Origin: a bacterium
Lineage (GTDB): Bacteria > Hinthialibacterota > Hinthialibacteria > Hinthialibacterales > Hinthialibacteraceae
Assembly: GCA_963663405.2 (NCBI GenBank)
Contig: CAXXSM010000130.1
Location: forward strand, 64,001-128,000
Direction of reading: 5' to 3'
DNA length: 64,000 nucleotides
The position numbers were made by a program, and so were the translations under genes. Of this stretch, positions 20,773 to 30,418 are shown piece after piece. Each line of letters begins with the position of its first letter. The stretch's first letter is position 1. The notes beneath the pieces are model-generated. The model was not told where the DNA came from. It did not search any database and worked only from the letters and a program-made list of their open reading frames with translations.

Positions 20773-21600
20773 TTAAGGAACACGAAAATTAGCCGCTTGA
20801 GAGATTTCTTCGGAACTCATCGCTTCCCTGGCATTGGGTGGAAAGGAAAGCAATGCGTCGGCTGTTTCCTTGGCCAATTCACTGTCTGTGGTTTGGATGG
20901 CGAAGTGGATATAGGTAACCGTACTGTTGGCTGGAATCGTTATATCCGTCCAAGCATACCGATAGTCTTCCGAACGCTGGAATACTTCATCGATACCATC
21001 CACTGTTCCATTTGAGTTCCAGACATGACCAACGAAAGGATCACTCCCATCATTGTCACCCGTGATGACATAAGAATCACTGGTTTCCAGTTCCGTATCT
21101 CCGTCGGATGTCGCCACAATATACGTGTGATCATCGGATCCGAGATTGCCGAAAACCGCAATTTCCGCTGAAACCGGTTGATCGGTTGTGTTCGTGAGAA
21201 TTTCCAGCCACCGTCCGTACACTTCCTCTGGAGAAACAAAGAGTTTTCTTTGGACTACCAGAGCCCCCATCGTCTGGGTTTCCCAAACATACTCATTGCC
21301 ATCCGAATCAGGATCGTACTCTTTAATCAAGGCTATATAAGGCCGGAATACCCCATTCTCCCGGACCGCCAGAAAATAGCAGCCGTCATAGGCGTCACTG
21401 CTGCCATCCTCCAGCGCGCCGCTCCTTACACCCGCGTCATAAACCATCCCTTCACCATTCCGTAAATCACCGCATTGGTTGCCGTCTTCATTATCAAATG
21501 GTGGTGGCAGTGTCTGACTGCCCGCATCTACACTCAATAAGAGAATCACCAGCGTTATCCAACTACACCATTGCCATCGTTCATGCTTCATGATGAACAT
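20773..21600 (-). CDS. Secreted hypothetical protein (acidic, beta-rich)
   Basis: 275-aa ORF with hydrophobic N-terminus and GGAG RBS; about 55 bp from the next gene. Confidence 0.7.
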   Translation of the reverse strand: MFIMKHERWQWCSWITLVILLLSVDAGSQTLPPPFDNEDGNQCGDLRNGEGMVYDAGVRSGALEDGSSDAYDGCYFLAVRENGVFRPYIALIKEYDPDSDGNEYVWETQTMGALVVQRKLFVSPEEVYGRWLEILTNTTDQPVSAEIAVFGNLGSDDHTYIVATSDGDTELETSDSYVITGDNDGSDPFVGHVWNSNGTVDGIDEVFQRSEDYRYAWTDITIPANSTVTYIHFAIQTTDSELAKETADALLSFPPNAREAMSSEEISQAANFRVP

Positions 21601-21712
21601 CTCCCTTCATTGATTTAGTATAAGACTGTCAGCTCTCGTACTCTGAATACGAATCTCTCCCCACTAACTGGCAGAAATGCCTTCTATAAATTACAATAAA
21701 TATTATTTATAC

Positions 21713-21742
21713 TAACATAAATTTAACATAACACTAACATAA
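21713..21742. promoter_or_regulatory. Three direct repeats TAACATAA with exact 11-bp period (candidate response-regulator site)
   Basis: Repeats start at 21713, 21724 and 21735, upstream of the 21600(-) gene. Confidence 0.5.
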
Positions 21743-21832
21743 ATAAATTAAGTTAGCAAGACTCCTTACTAAGAATAAAGATCAATTAATTCATCAAAAA
21801 TGATTTGTGTAGATAGGCTTTTTTTGAGAGAT

Positions 21833-23066
21833 CTAATACAAAAACCCAATGGATGACAGGGGTAGCGCATTCATATGGATTCAGAGTATTTTGCGGTGAA
21901 TAGGCGACTCCATTGTTTAAGAATAGGCCATCTTCATCGAAAAATACTGGTTCCCCAATGTGATTCAACAGTGTCTTCACATCGTTCCAGTCCTCGCAAT
22001 CCAGATTGTTTCTCCGAATATCGATCGCGATTAACACTTCGATGTCTTGTTCTACATAGCCGGCTAGATTGGAGATGGAAGATAATTGGTTATCGTTGCA
22101 AGAGAAGCGTATGAATTTCGCATTTGGATGGATCGTTAATTCGCTTCGCTCGTTATCACCACAACTGAGAAAGGACAGCGATTCATTGGCTGAAAGATCG
22201 AGGATATCGAGCTGGTTTCCACTGCAGAAAAGGGATTGTAGTGCGGGATTTTGATATACATTGAGGATCGGCAATTGGTTGTTTGCGTATTCAAGGTAAT
22301 TTAATTTTGCGCTGTTTCCAAGATCGAGTTCCACGATCTGATTATCCGAGCAATAAAGTTTCTCTAATGAAGAGAGGTGAGATACGTCTAAAGTTAGGAG
22401 TTGATTGCGGTTGCAATCGAGAAATCTCAACTCCTCTAAATTCGACATGTTCAAATGAGTCAGTTGGTTGTCATCGCAGTAGATTTTATCGTACGGCGCT
22501 TGTTTTGAAATCACTAACGTTTTTATTTGATTTCTTTTACAACTGAGATAACACATGTTTGGATTGTTTGGTAAATCTAAACTTTCTAACTGATTCTCAA
22601 GGCATTCAAACTAGACCAAGGCTATATTGTCCGATAGATCGATATTTTTGATGTGGTTCCGATAACAGTACAAGTATTTCAATTTGGGGATATCAGAGAC
22701 ATTGAGACTGCTGATTTGATTGTTGTAACAACTCAAAGTCTTTAAATCGGTGTTGTTCCATAAATCCAGGTGGGTCAAAGCATTGTCAGAACAGTATAGT
22801 TCTTGAAGACTCGTAAAGAATTTAATACCGGTCAAATCCTGAATCTAACTCCCCAGACAGATTAGAGGACCTGTCATCAACGCAACATTTTCCGCTGTAA
22901 ATTCATCGCCCGACTCGACTCTCATGAATACTTCAACCGCTGTGCGGAAATTAGGATCGGGAAAATTATCGGGTGTGTTGATGTTTTGGGGTAAGGAATC
23001 TGCAATTGGAAAGAGAAAGAAAAGAAGAAACACGGTTGTTTTAAATGCGCTTGCGATGTCAAACAT
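21833..23066 (-). pseudogene. LRR protein pseudogene, paralog of 16699-17931
   Basis: Three ORF pieces are in one frame, separated by TAG stops at 22845 and 22611 (E and Q in the paralog). A +1 base at 21840-21844 masks the TPVIHWVLY* end. Confidence 0.85.
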
Positions 23067-23886
23067 AAATTTTACAACTTTCTTCTTAATGGACTAAAGA
23101 TATATCAAAACTTGACGAAACTTAGGACGGAACGGTGAAAAACCGGATACTTTTATTACGAATCTATGGTTGAGGCGCTGTAAATAATTCATTGTTAAGA
23201 GTAATAAACGGTTCTTAAAGTCCAATTTGCAAATTCATCTCCCTTTAGGTCTTCATGTAAGGTGGGAAACCTTGATGGTTTCTTAAGGAGATGAACATGC
23301 ATAAACCGATATTTGAATGAATCTGGTTAAACTTTTCATTTCGATTTTCTGATCATCTTTTTTTATGCGTTACTTATTATATCATGATTTAAAATGACTC
23401 CTTCTGTTTTTCATATTTCATGCGATCTAACAATCATGGAATAAATTGAATTGAATAAGGTGGTTAGGATTTTTCTTCCAGTCATTTCCATTCTAGTGTG
23501 TAACGTTTTATGATTCTAATTTTTTTTAAAAATCTATCGATTTAATTGATTTTATGTTAAAATTTAATTAGAAAAGAGGTTATTCGACAAAAAAAAATAA
23601 CAAAAAAACCTCTTTTCATTAATGAATATTGTGCTATAGTAATAGTAATTAACATTATGTACGGGGTGAATTAACATTCTGTATTGATCAGCGTATATTC
23701 TTGTTCTTATTTTTTATGTAATGAAACATTGCGTTGAATTTGTGTTTGAGTTTCTTTTTTTAAAAATTTGAAAAAAAATGAAAAGGAGAATTGTATGCTA
23801 AAAATGTAGGGATTCCTTCTCTAATTTTATTATGATTTTGGTTGAGGTGATAGTAAAGAAAGTGTTTTTAAAAAAACTTGATTAGA

Positions 23887-23961
23887 GTGGAAACGTTGAA
23901 CTATTCTTCTTTAATTGGTCGCCAACAGAAGAATGGGGAGTCAGTGGCGAACCCCCTCCAC
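23887..23961 (+). ncRNA. c-di-GMP-II-like riboswitch aptamer, copy 4
   Basis: Same core; stem CTATTCTTCT/AGAAGAATGG; different downstream hairpin sequence with the same topology. Confidence 0.75.
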
Positions 23962-23991
23962 GAGATTTTTCTCGCGAAGGAGAGAAGAGAA

Positions 23992-24909
23992 ATGAAGAAA
24001 CGATATGTCGTCTTAGTAAGTTGTATTGTTCTTGGTCTGGCTATGGCGCCAGTCAGTTATTCAACTCCATCAGAAGGGCCTTATTATTATCCTCATTTAG
24101 GTCATCTTTTGGAATTTCCCAATGGGCCGAATTGTACTCCTGGAATTGAAGATTATCAAGTAGACAGTTATTTCGGAGTTTCTATTCTTCCATGTGGTGA
24201 TCTTCCGGGATGGATCAATGATGCGATCAATATTTTTGTCGTCTGGTTTGATACACCATATGGTTTGATAAATAAAAGTCCGCGGGAGAGAATTGAAAAT
24301 GCGATTGGACAATCGCTACCTCCAACACAAGATATTGTCGCATGGATTTTCACGTTTATCGTGCCGCCGGATATTCCACAAAAGGTGATTCCCGGCTGGT
24401 GCGCCAATCTAAGGGACTACGCGAAATTAAACGATGTGTGTTGTGGGCTGACGATTCATGGAACGGTTGATATTTCTCCTTTAGGATTTTTAGATTGGAA
24501 TTGGTGTAACCGTACGTTGACATCCCGCTTTACTACTCCTATGGTCAATCAATCGGGTAATCTGCTCGAAGTGAATTTCCTGATCGATCAGTTCCGTATG
24601 AATTTCGTGATGTATCCGGATTTAAACACTCGCAATATTTCGTGGCGGGCGATTCAGCGTGTGATTTGGGATTTGACACAGGATTTGAGTCTCCCTGGCA
24701 CTCATCAAAATGGTTATATTTGTCTTACAAACAAAGATTTAGAAGATGTAGATATCCTTAAAACATGGATCGCCGGTTTGGATTTAGAGGGCAATATCCC
24801 GATTTGCGCGTTCTGTTATTTGACGATTGTCATCTATTGTGAAGGTGGACAAGAAATTCTCGTCGAAGTGCCGTGGTGGCTGTATCTGATTCTTTACGAT
24901 TTACATTAA
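23992..24909 (+). CDS. Secreted thioester-domain-like protein, divergent copy 3
   Basis: ATG at 23992 starts a signal peptide (MKKRYVVL); IPGWCANL, AIQRVIW and GGQEILVEV align with the motifs of copies 1 and 2. Confidence 0.65.
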   Translation: MKKRYVVLVSCIVLGLAMAPVSYSTPSEGPYYYPHLGHLLEFPNGPNCTPGIEDYQVDSYFGVSILPCGDLPGWINDAINIFVVWFDTPYGLINKSPRERIENAIGQSLPPTQDIVAWIFTFIVPPDIPQKVIPGWCANLRDYAKLNDVCCGLTIHGTVDISPLGFLDWNWCNRTLTSRFTTPMVNQSGNLLEVNFLIDQFRMNFVMYPDLNTRNISWRAIQRVIWDLTQDLSLPGTHQNGYICLTNKDLEDVDILKTWIAGLDLEGNIPICAFCYLTIVIYCEGGQEILVEVPWWLYLILYDLH

Positions 24910-24945
24910 TTTAACTCGAGAAGATTCAAACATTTCGGATCAGAT

Positions 24946-24976
24946 GAAAGGGTGGACGAGATAGGTTCACCCTTTC
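24946..24976. terminator. Bidirectional terminator hairpin
   Basis: GAAAGGGTGGAC...GTTCACCCTTTC between convergent genes. Confidence 0.65.
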
Positions 24977-25007
24977 TTTATCGTACATTATCTGAACGAA
25001 TGGAGTT

Positions 25008-26243
25008 TTAATAAACGGTCCAATCCGGCACGGCTGTTTCACAATCGAATGGATCGAGATCGTTTTGTGGAGAATAACCGAATCCATACGTTAATTGTGT
25101 TTGATTCCAAGGAACAAAAACAGGCTCCCCGATTCGATCCAATAATAGAATCACATCCTCCCAATCATCACATTGAAGATTGTTATATCGAACGTCTACA
25201 AGCGCTCCCAACGCGGCGCCGATATATTCATTGCTTACGATATTTGATAGATTCGACAGCTGATTGTTTTGACATTGAAGGGAATTCAAAACAGCGCTAT
25301 TCGGTAAGATAAGTTCTGTCAAGAGATTGTCTTGGCAGATACATTGTCCAAGGGATTCCGCTGATGAAACATCCAATTGCGTTAATTGATTGGAGGAACA
25401 GATTACGGATCCTAGAGCGATATTCTGAGTGAGATCGATCGTATGGAGAAGATTATCGCGGCAATCCAGTGTTTCCAATGTGACGTTGCTCGATAAATCC
25501 AACGTTGTGAGCCGGTTGCTGGCGCAGTTGATTTCGGCGAGGGCCGCGCAGCCGCTTAGTTCGAGTGTTCCCAGCTGATTGTCATAACAATTCAATACTT
25601 CCAAGGATGTGTTGTTAGAGATGTCCAAACTCGCAAGTTGGTTGCTGAAACATTTGAAGGTTTGAAGTTTATCGTTCTCCGATATCGAGAGTTCATTCAA
25701 GCGGTTGCGGCTGCAATCGGCGATTTGAAGTTTTTTGTTGTAGGAGAGATCCAACGTCTCGATTTGATTGATAAAGCAATGAAGATGTTTCAGGTTGGTG
25801 TTGTTGAAAAGTTCGAGACTTGTGAGTTCGTTTTGATCACAGACCAGTATTTTTAATCCAGTGTTTTCATAGAGATATAACTCTGTCAATTGATTCGCGT
25901 GACAGTTCAACTCCTCCAAGGCGGTATTCATTGTTAAATCTATACTTTCCAATAGGTTATTGTTGCATATAAGTTTGGTTACATTAGGGAAAAAATGAAT
26001 GCCGGCCAAGGAACTGATCTCACGGGCTGGACATTCCAAGGCCTTTGTGGCCGCCGCCGCTTCTTCCGCCGTGAAAGCGCCGTCTGACTCAACCTCCATA
26101 TATTCCTCAACCGCCGCCCGGAAATTTGGATCGGGAAAATTCTCTTCTGTGTTGATGTTTTGCGCGAAGGAATGAATGCTTGTTAAGGCCAGAAGTAGAA
26201 TCAGAAAAGCAGTTTTCCCAGAATTCTTACATACGTTCATCAT
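25008..26243 (-). CDS. Secreted leucine-rich-repeat protein
   Basis: Same AQNINTxENFPDPNFR cap and 21-aa LRRs; ends TAVPDWTVY. Confidence 0.9.
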   Translation of the reverse strand: MMNVCKNSGKTAFLILLLALTSIHSFAQNINTEENFPDPNFRAAVEEYMEVESDGAFTAEEAAAATKALECPAREISSLAGIHFFPNVTKLICNNNLLESIDLTMNTALEELNCHANQLTELYLYENTGLKILVCDQNELTSLELFNNTNLKHLHCFINQIETLDLSYNKKLQIADCSRNRLNELSISENDKLQTFKCFSNQLASLDISNNTSLEVLNCYDNQLGTLELSGCAALAEINCASNRLTTLDLSSNVTLETLDCRDNLLHTIDLTQNIALGSVICSSNQLTQLDVSSAESLGQCICQDNLLTELILPNSAVLNSLQCQNNQLSNLSNIVSNEYIGAALGALVDVRYNNLQCDDWEDVILLLDRIGEPVFVPWNQTQLTYGFGYSPQNDLDPFDCETAVPDWTVY

Positions 26244-26540
26244 TGGGTGTAATCCTTTGGATTTTAAATATGATGTATTGTTTATTACTTAAACAATATA
26301 AAAGAAATACGTGTTGGGTCTAGGGTGTTTTGGAACTTTGAATGGTGGATTGTTGTTGGGAAAGACTGTAACTTAAATAAAACATAAAAGAATAAAGAGA
26401 TCTACTCTTCCTTATTTATTCAGCTTTTGATGTAATAATCCAAGGATTTATACTAAAGCGAAAATAATTCCTCATGCAATCAATCAATCTCCAATTAGAA
26501 ACTTTTTGCTTGCATTCATGGTTCCAAATAGGTACTATCT

Positions 26541-26870
26541 ATGATAACGATTGTTGAGACAGGGCAGCTTATAAACAAGGCTGAAAAATTAATGTCAGCT
26601 GGGGAGAAGGAAGAGCTCGTCAATTTTGTCGCTGCAAATCCCAAAGCGGGTGATTTGATCCCGAAGACAGGAGGCGTTCGTAAACTTAGATTTGCGCGGC
26701 AAGGTCAAGGGAAAAGTGGATCTTTTCGGATTATTTATTATTACGACTCAATGAATCCTGTATTTCTCTTTACAGTTTTTGGAAAAAAATGAAAGAGCGA
26801 ATATAACAGACGCAGAAAAAATGCTTTTTATAAGGCCATCCAGGTTTTAAAGAAGGAACTGAAATCATGA
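26541..26870 (+). pseudogene. RelE/HigB-family toxin, frameshifted
   Basis: GDLIPKTGGVRKLR..GKSGSFRIIY motif. Removing one A from A7 at 26783-26789 gives GKNERANIT...KELKS*, overlapping the antitoxin start (ATGA). Confidence 0.8.
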
Positions 26871-27166
26871 GCAAAGCAGGGGAAGAAATTTTAGCCGGTA
26901 TTAATGACGCGATTGCAATGGCGAAGGGTGATAAAAGCCGTGGCCGCGCATATACGATTATCAACTCAACAATTGATGTTAAGGCTATCCGTCAAAAGAC
27001 TGGGATGACACAAGAACGATTTGCTGATACATATGGACTTTCCTTGTCCACTTTGAAAAAATGGGAATCGAAAACCGCTGAACCGGAAGGAGCGGCGAAA
27101 GCGTATTTGACCGTTATTGAACGGGAGCCTCTCATTGTGAAAGAAGCGCTTTGGAAGGTGGATTGA
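26867..27166 (+). CDS. HigA-like XRE HTH antitoxin
   Basis: IDVKAIRQKTGMTQERFA...TLKKWE..EPEGAA; directly downstream of the toxin. Confidence 0.85.
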   Translation: MSKAGEEILAGINDAIAMAKGDKSRGRAYTIINSTIDVKAIRQKTGMTQERFADTYGLSLSTLKKWESKTAEPEGAAKAYLTVIEREPLIVKEALWKVD

Positions 27167-27172
27167 ATGGTA

Positions 27173-27553
27173 TCAAGATTGAACTTTCTTGGTCTTCCTT
27201 GAAGGGGAAAGATGCGCTAAGGGGACAAATTCAATCTGGATTTTCTGGTTCATGGCGGTGGCGATTTTTCGTAGCATGGAAAATGAATGTCCCTCGTAAT
27301 CCGCTGATTCCAAACGGGATATGACCGATGGTGTGGTTCTTATCCGTTCCGTCAGTTCTTTTTGGATTAAACCAACCTCTTTTTGCAAATCATAGATCAT
27401 TCGAGCGACTTCGGCGTTTTCACGCTCTTCCTGCAGGCTTTCCAGACGTTCCGGTCTTCCTTCGTAATATCGCCGGTATAGTATTTCCAGGCTGTTATTG
27501 GTTTTTGTGTGTTTATTCATAGTTTCCATAGTAAACACATTCAATGAATTCAT
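27173..27553 (-). CDS. XRE-family HTH protein (antitoxin-like, no adjacent cognate toxin); start uncertain
   Basis: QKEL..RI.TTPSVISRLESADYEGHS.SMLRKIA motif. Confidence 0.7.
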   Translation of the reverse strand: MNSLNVFTMETMNKHTKTNNSLEILYRRYYEGRPERLESLQEERENAEVARMIYDLQKEVGLIQKELTERIRTTPSVISRLESADYEGHSFSMLRKIATAMNQKIQIEFVPLAHLSPSRKTKKVQS

Positions 27554-28533
27554 GAAGAACTCAAATCGTCATTATTCTCCGCCAAAGCCGTCTCCTCTGG
27601 TATCCCTGTCAGTGTTTTCGCGCAGATGGTTAGGGTGATCAATCCAACGCCTACAGCGAACCAGAGAGTGCAGAGGCGGACCAGGAAGGTGGCGGAGGCG
27701 GCGGCGCTTTGGGGGATGGCGTATTGTTGGATCAGGAGGAATCCCATCGCGCCTTCGGTGGGTCCGACCCCACCTGGAGTCATAAGCAGCGCGCCCACGA
27801 TTGTGGCGAACGCGTAGATGAACGAAGCGGTTACAAGCGGCAATGGCGTTCCAAATCCCCATAATACAAGGTAAAACGCTATACATTCCATGAACCAGGA
27901 AACCAGACTGATCAACACCGCCCACAAGAGGGGCTTGAAAGCGATTAACTGATAGGCGCTTTCATAGGCGGTGCGGAGCGAATGCGCTTTGGCGCCGATC
28001 GCGGGGAATCCTTCCAGCCACTGGATGACTCTTTCCACGCCGGTTTTCCATGAGACGAAAATAAGGGTGAAAAGAATGATTCCGACGCTGATGGAGAAGA
28101 TCGTCAAGCCGTTGGGGAGGCTCATCACGCCCAGCAGCGCGATGATTAAAAACGCGATGAAATCAGTAAAACGTTCGGCCAGGACGACGGGGGCGGATTT
28201 GCTGATTGGAACGTTCGTCATCCCTTTCAGCAGATAGGATTTATAGACTTCTCCAAACTTGCCGGGCGTCGCCGACATGACGAGTCCGGCCAGAAAAATC
28301 TGAAACGATCGTTTCCAGTCCAATGGTATCTTGAGAATGCCAAGATAGTAATGCCACTTTGTGAACCGGATTATATAATTGCTGAACGCGAAGGCCAGAC
28401 AGAGTGGAATGAGTTCCCAGTGGAACTGAGAAAACGTGGTCAGGATCTGTTCCCAACCGGCCCAGATCGAGCAGAGTAAATAGAAAACCGCCGTTACTGC
28501 GATTGTGAATAGGAGTTTTTTCTTAAAGTTCAT
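27550..28533 (-). CDS. Lysylphosphatidylglycerol-synthase TM / flippase-like (UPF0104) membrane protein
   Basis: TPGKFGE, ERFTD, TPGGVGPTEG and RLCTLW motifs; multiple TM segments. Confidence 0.85.
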   Translation of the reverse strand: MNFKKKLLFTIAVTAVFYLLCSIWAGWEQILTTFSQFHWELIPLCLAFAFSNYIIRFTKWHYYLGILKIPLDWKRSFQIFLAGLVMSATPGKFGEVYKSYLLKGMTNVPISKSAPVVLAERFTDFIAFLIIALLGVMSLPNGLTIFSISVGIILFTLIFVSWKTGVERVIQWLEGFPAIGAKAHSLRTAYESAYQLIAFKPLLWAVLISLVSWFMECIAFYLVLWGFGTPLPLVTASFIYAFATIVGALLMTPGGVGPTEGAMGFLLIQQYAIPQSAAASATFLVRLCTLWFAVGVGLITLTICAKTLTGIPEETALAENNDDLSSS

Positions 28534-28548
28534 GAGGGCTCCAGGGGA

Positions 28549-29367
28549 TTAGATGTACCACCAAATCAATAGCAAGCCAAGGGGGATCAGGTAGACGCTG
28601 AAGTAGTGCAGGCGCCGTTTTTGGATCAGCCAGACCAACAGCCATAAAAAGACCACTCCAGAAACGAGAGAAGCGAAGAATCCAACCAGGGCCTGCGCCG
28701 GTGTCACGTTAAGAGAAGCGTGGGGCAGTTGATAGACCATCGCCGCCGCGATCGCAGGGATCGAGATTAAAAACGAGTATTCCACCGCGATCGTACGCGA
28801 GACGCAGAGGAGCAATGCGATACCCACCGTCGTTCCGGAACGGGAGATCCCCGGTAGAACGGCGATTCCTTGCGCCAATCCCATGATGGACGCGAACAGC
28901 CATAGATTCATGGGCAGTGAATTATAGTCCTCAGTGTTGGGAGCGCTCCGGAATCGGGTGGAGAAGAGAAAGAGCCCCATGAAAAAAAACGCGCAACCGA
29001 TCGCCAGCAGACTTTCCCGCATATAGGTTTCCGCCAGGGGCCGCAGCGTCAGGGCGATGCAACATGTGATCGCGAAACTGAGTCCGATCGCGAGGAGCAA
29101 TTGGCGCTGGATTTGAAGCTCCGGCGACTTTGGTCCAGCCTGAAACCAGGAAACGAAAGCGCGGCAGAGTAGAAACAGGCGTGTCCGGAAATATAAACAG
29201 ACCGCCAGGAGAGTCGCGATATGAAGAAGGACGTCGAAAAATAAAAAACTTCGCGCGTCCAAATCGAGCCACGTTTCCGCCAAGACCAGATGGCCGGAAC
29301 TCGAGATAGGAAGAAATTCGGTTAAACCTTGTAAGACTCCGAGGAACAACGCATCGAGGACGTTCAT
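28549..29367 (-). CDS. uppP: Undecaprenyl-diphosphate phosphatase
   Basis: QGLTEFLPISSSGH and PGISRSG signature motifs. Confidence 0.95.
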   Translation of the reverse strand: MNVLDALFLGVLQGLTEFLPISSSGHLVLAETWLDLDARSFLFFDVLLHIATLLAVCLYFRTRLFLLCRAFVSWFQAGPKSPELQIQRQLLLAIGLSFAITCCIALTLRPLAETYMRESLLAIGCAFFFMGLFLFSTRFRSAPNTEDYNSLPMNLWLFASIMGLAQGIAVLPGISRSGTTVGIALLLCVSRTIAVEYSFLISIPAIAAAMVYQLPHASLNVTPAQALVGFFASLVSGVVFLWLLVWLIQKRRLHYFSVYLIPLGLLLIWWYI

Positions 29368-29529
29368 CTATTTCTTTCGTTCGATAGTTGATATCGAAAT
29401 TTGGATTCGTTAAGTACCTGGGCGCGCATGTATTGGTTTTAGTATATTATTATAATACACCATTATTGTTTGAGCGCCTTTTGAATTAATTGGAGAATTC
29501 GGCGTATCGTGGGGATCGGGGTAAGGTTA

Positions 29530-29871
29530 TTATGATTCAAACGCATCTAGGGCCTCTTGTTCTGTATCAAACACATGAATGATGGAATAAAACATGGCGG
29601 TTTTCAGCACTCGATGCGCGCCGACGGAGAGCCCATAAAATCCAATTTTTCCCTTAATGGATGTTAAAACCCGGATAGGAGTTAAGAGCTGGGCTTGATG
29701 CGCGCTTGAGATATGGACAACGTCAGCGCAATTCAGTAGAATTTTCAACGATCCTTGTTGACGCACTTCTTGAATTCTTTCTTTCAGCGCGATTGTTCCC
29801 TTTTCATCCATTTGCCCGCTCAAATCGAGGATTGTTATGTTCCCAATCGTTCGTGCTTCAATTACCAGCAT
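29530..29871 (-). CDS. STAS-domain protein (anti-sigma-factor-antagonist-like)
   Basis: ITILDLSG...ILLNCADVVHISS...FDTEQEAL pattern. Confidence 0.8.
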   Translation of the reverse strand: MLVIEARTIGNITILDLSGQMDEKGTIALKERIQEVRQQGSLKILLNCADVVHISSAHQAQLLTPIRVLTSIKGKIGFYGLSVGAHRVLKTAMFYSIIHVFDTEQEALDAFES

Positions 29872-29886
29872 CGTTCATCCTTTTAT

Positions 29887-30049
29887 ATGAAAATGAGTTT
29901 CTAAGACTTTCAAGAATGTAGGGTGAGTCGCGTCTTTATGACCTACCGTTTTCGTGAATCATTCCCGGTGGGTCAATAAAGCGTGATCTACCCTACTGCT
30001 ACTTCGACTCATTTTCATTTGTTCATTGTGATCTCAATCATGATGGTTT
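29887..30049 (+). mobile_element. MITE-like element carrying a GTAG-type REP doublet (29918-29996)
   Basis: ATGAAAATGAGT / ACTCATTTTCAT repeats enclose GTAGGGTGAGTC...CCG / CGG...TACCCTAC inverted arms; conserved tail follows. Confidence 0.65.
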
Positions 30050-30070
30050 TTGTGTTGTATTCAATTCATC

Positions 30071-30418
30071 TTAGCGTTCGGGATCAAGGAAAGTAATCGC
30101 CTCCGGTATGGTTTTGAACACGTTGAGATATTTATACCACGAAACTCGCCGAATCAGTTGGAGTACATTTTCCGGAAATTCAGCGAGAGTAATTTTCCCC
30201 TCCATTGTACGGAAAATCCGTATCGCTCCAGCGGGGATTTCTAGATTGTGAGAAGTGATTCGCTCAATCTCCTTACCAACCAGCACAAGTTTTTGACACC
30301 CCTGCTGCCGGAGCGTTGAAATCGTCCGCCGGAGAGCGTCTAATGTATCATCGTTTAGATCATTGGGAAACGCGAGCAGATCGATTTCCCCCTGATTCGA
30401 ATATTTTAATTCTCCCAT
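30071..30418 (-). CDS. STAS-domain protein
   Basis: Length and pattern similar to the neighbouring STAS gene (GKITL...VFKTIPEA). Confidence 0.75.
   Translation of the reverse strand: MGELKYSNQGEIDLLAFPNDLNDDTLDALRRTISTLRQQGCQKLVLVGKEIERITSHNLEIPAGAIRIFRTMEGKITLAEFPENVLQLIRRVSWYKYLNVFKTIPEAITFLDPER

Noticed and set aside
22611-22847. Two in-frame TAG codons as amber recoding
   Set aside because: They replace different residues (Glu and Gln) by single-base changes, and TAG is a normal stop elsewhere (e.g. 1676-1678, rny, MBOAT).
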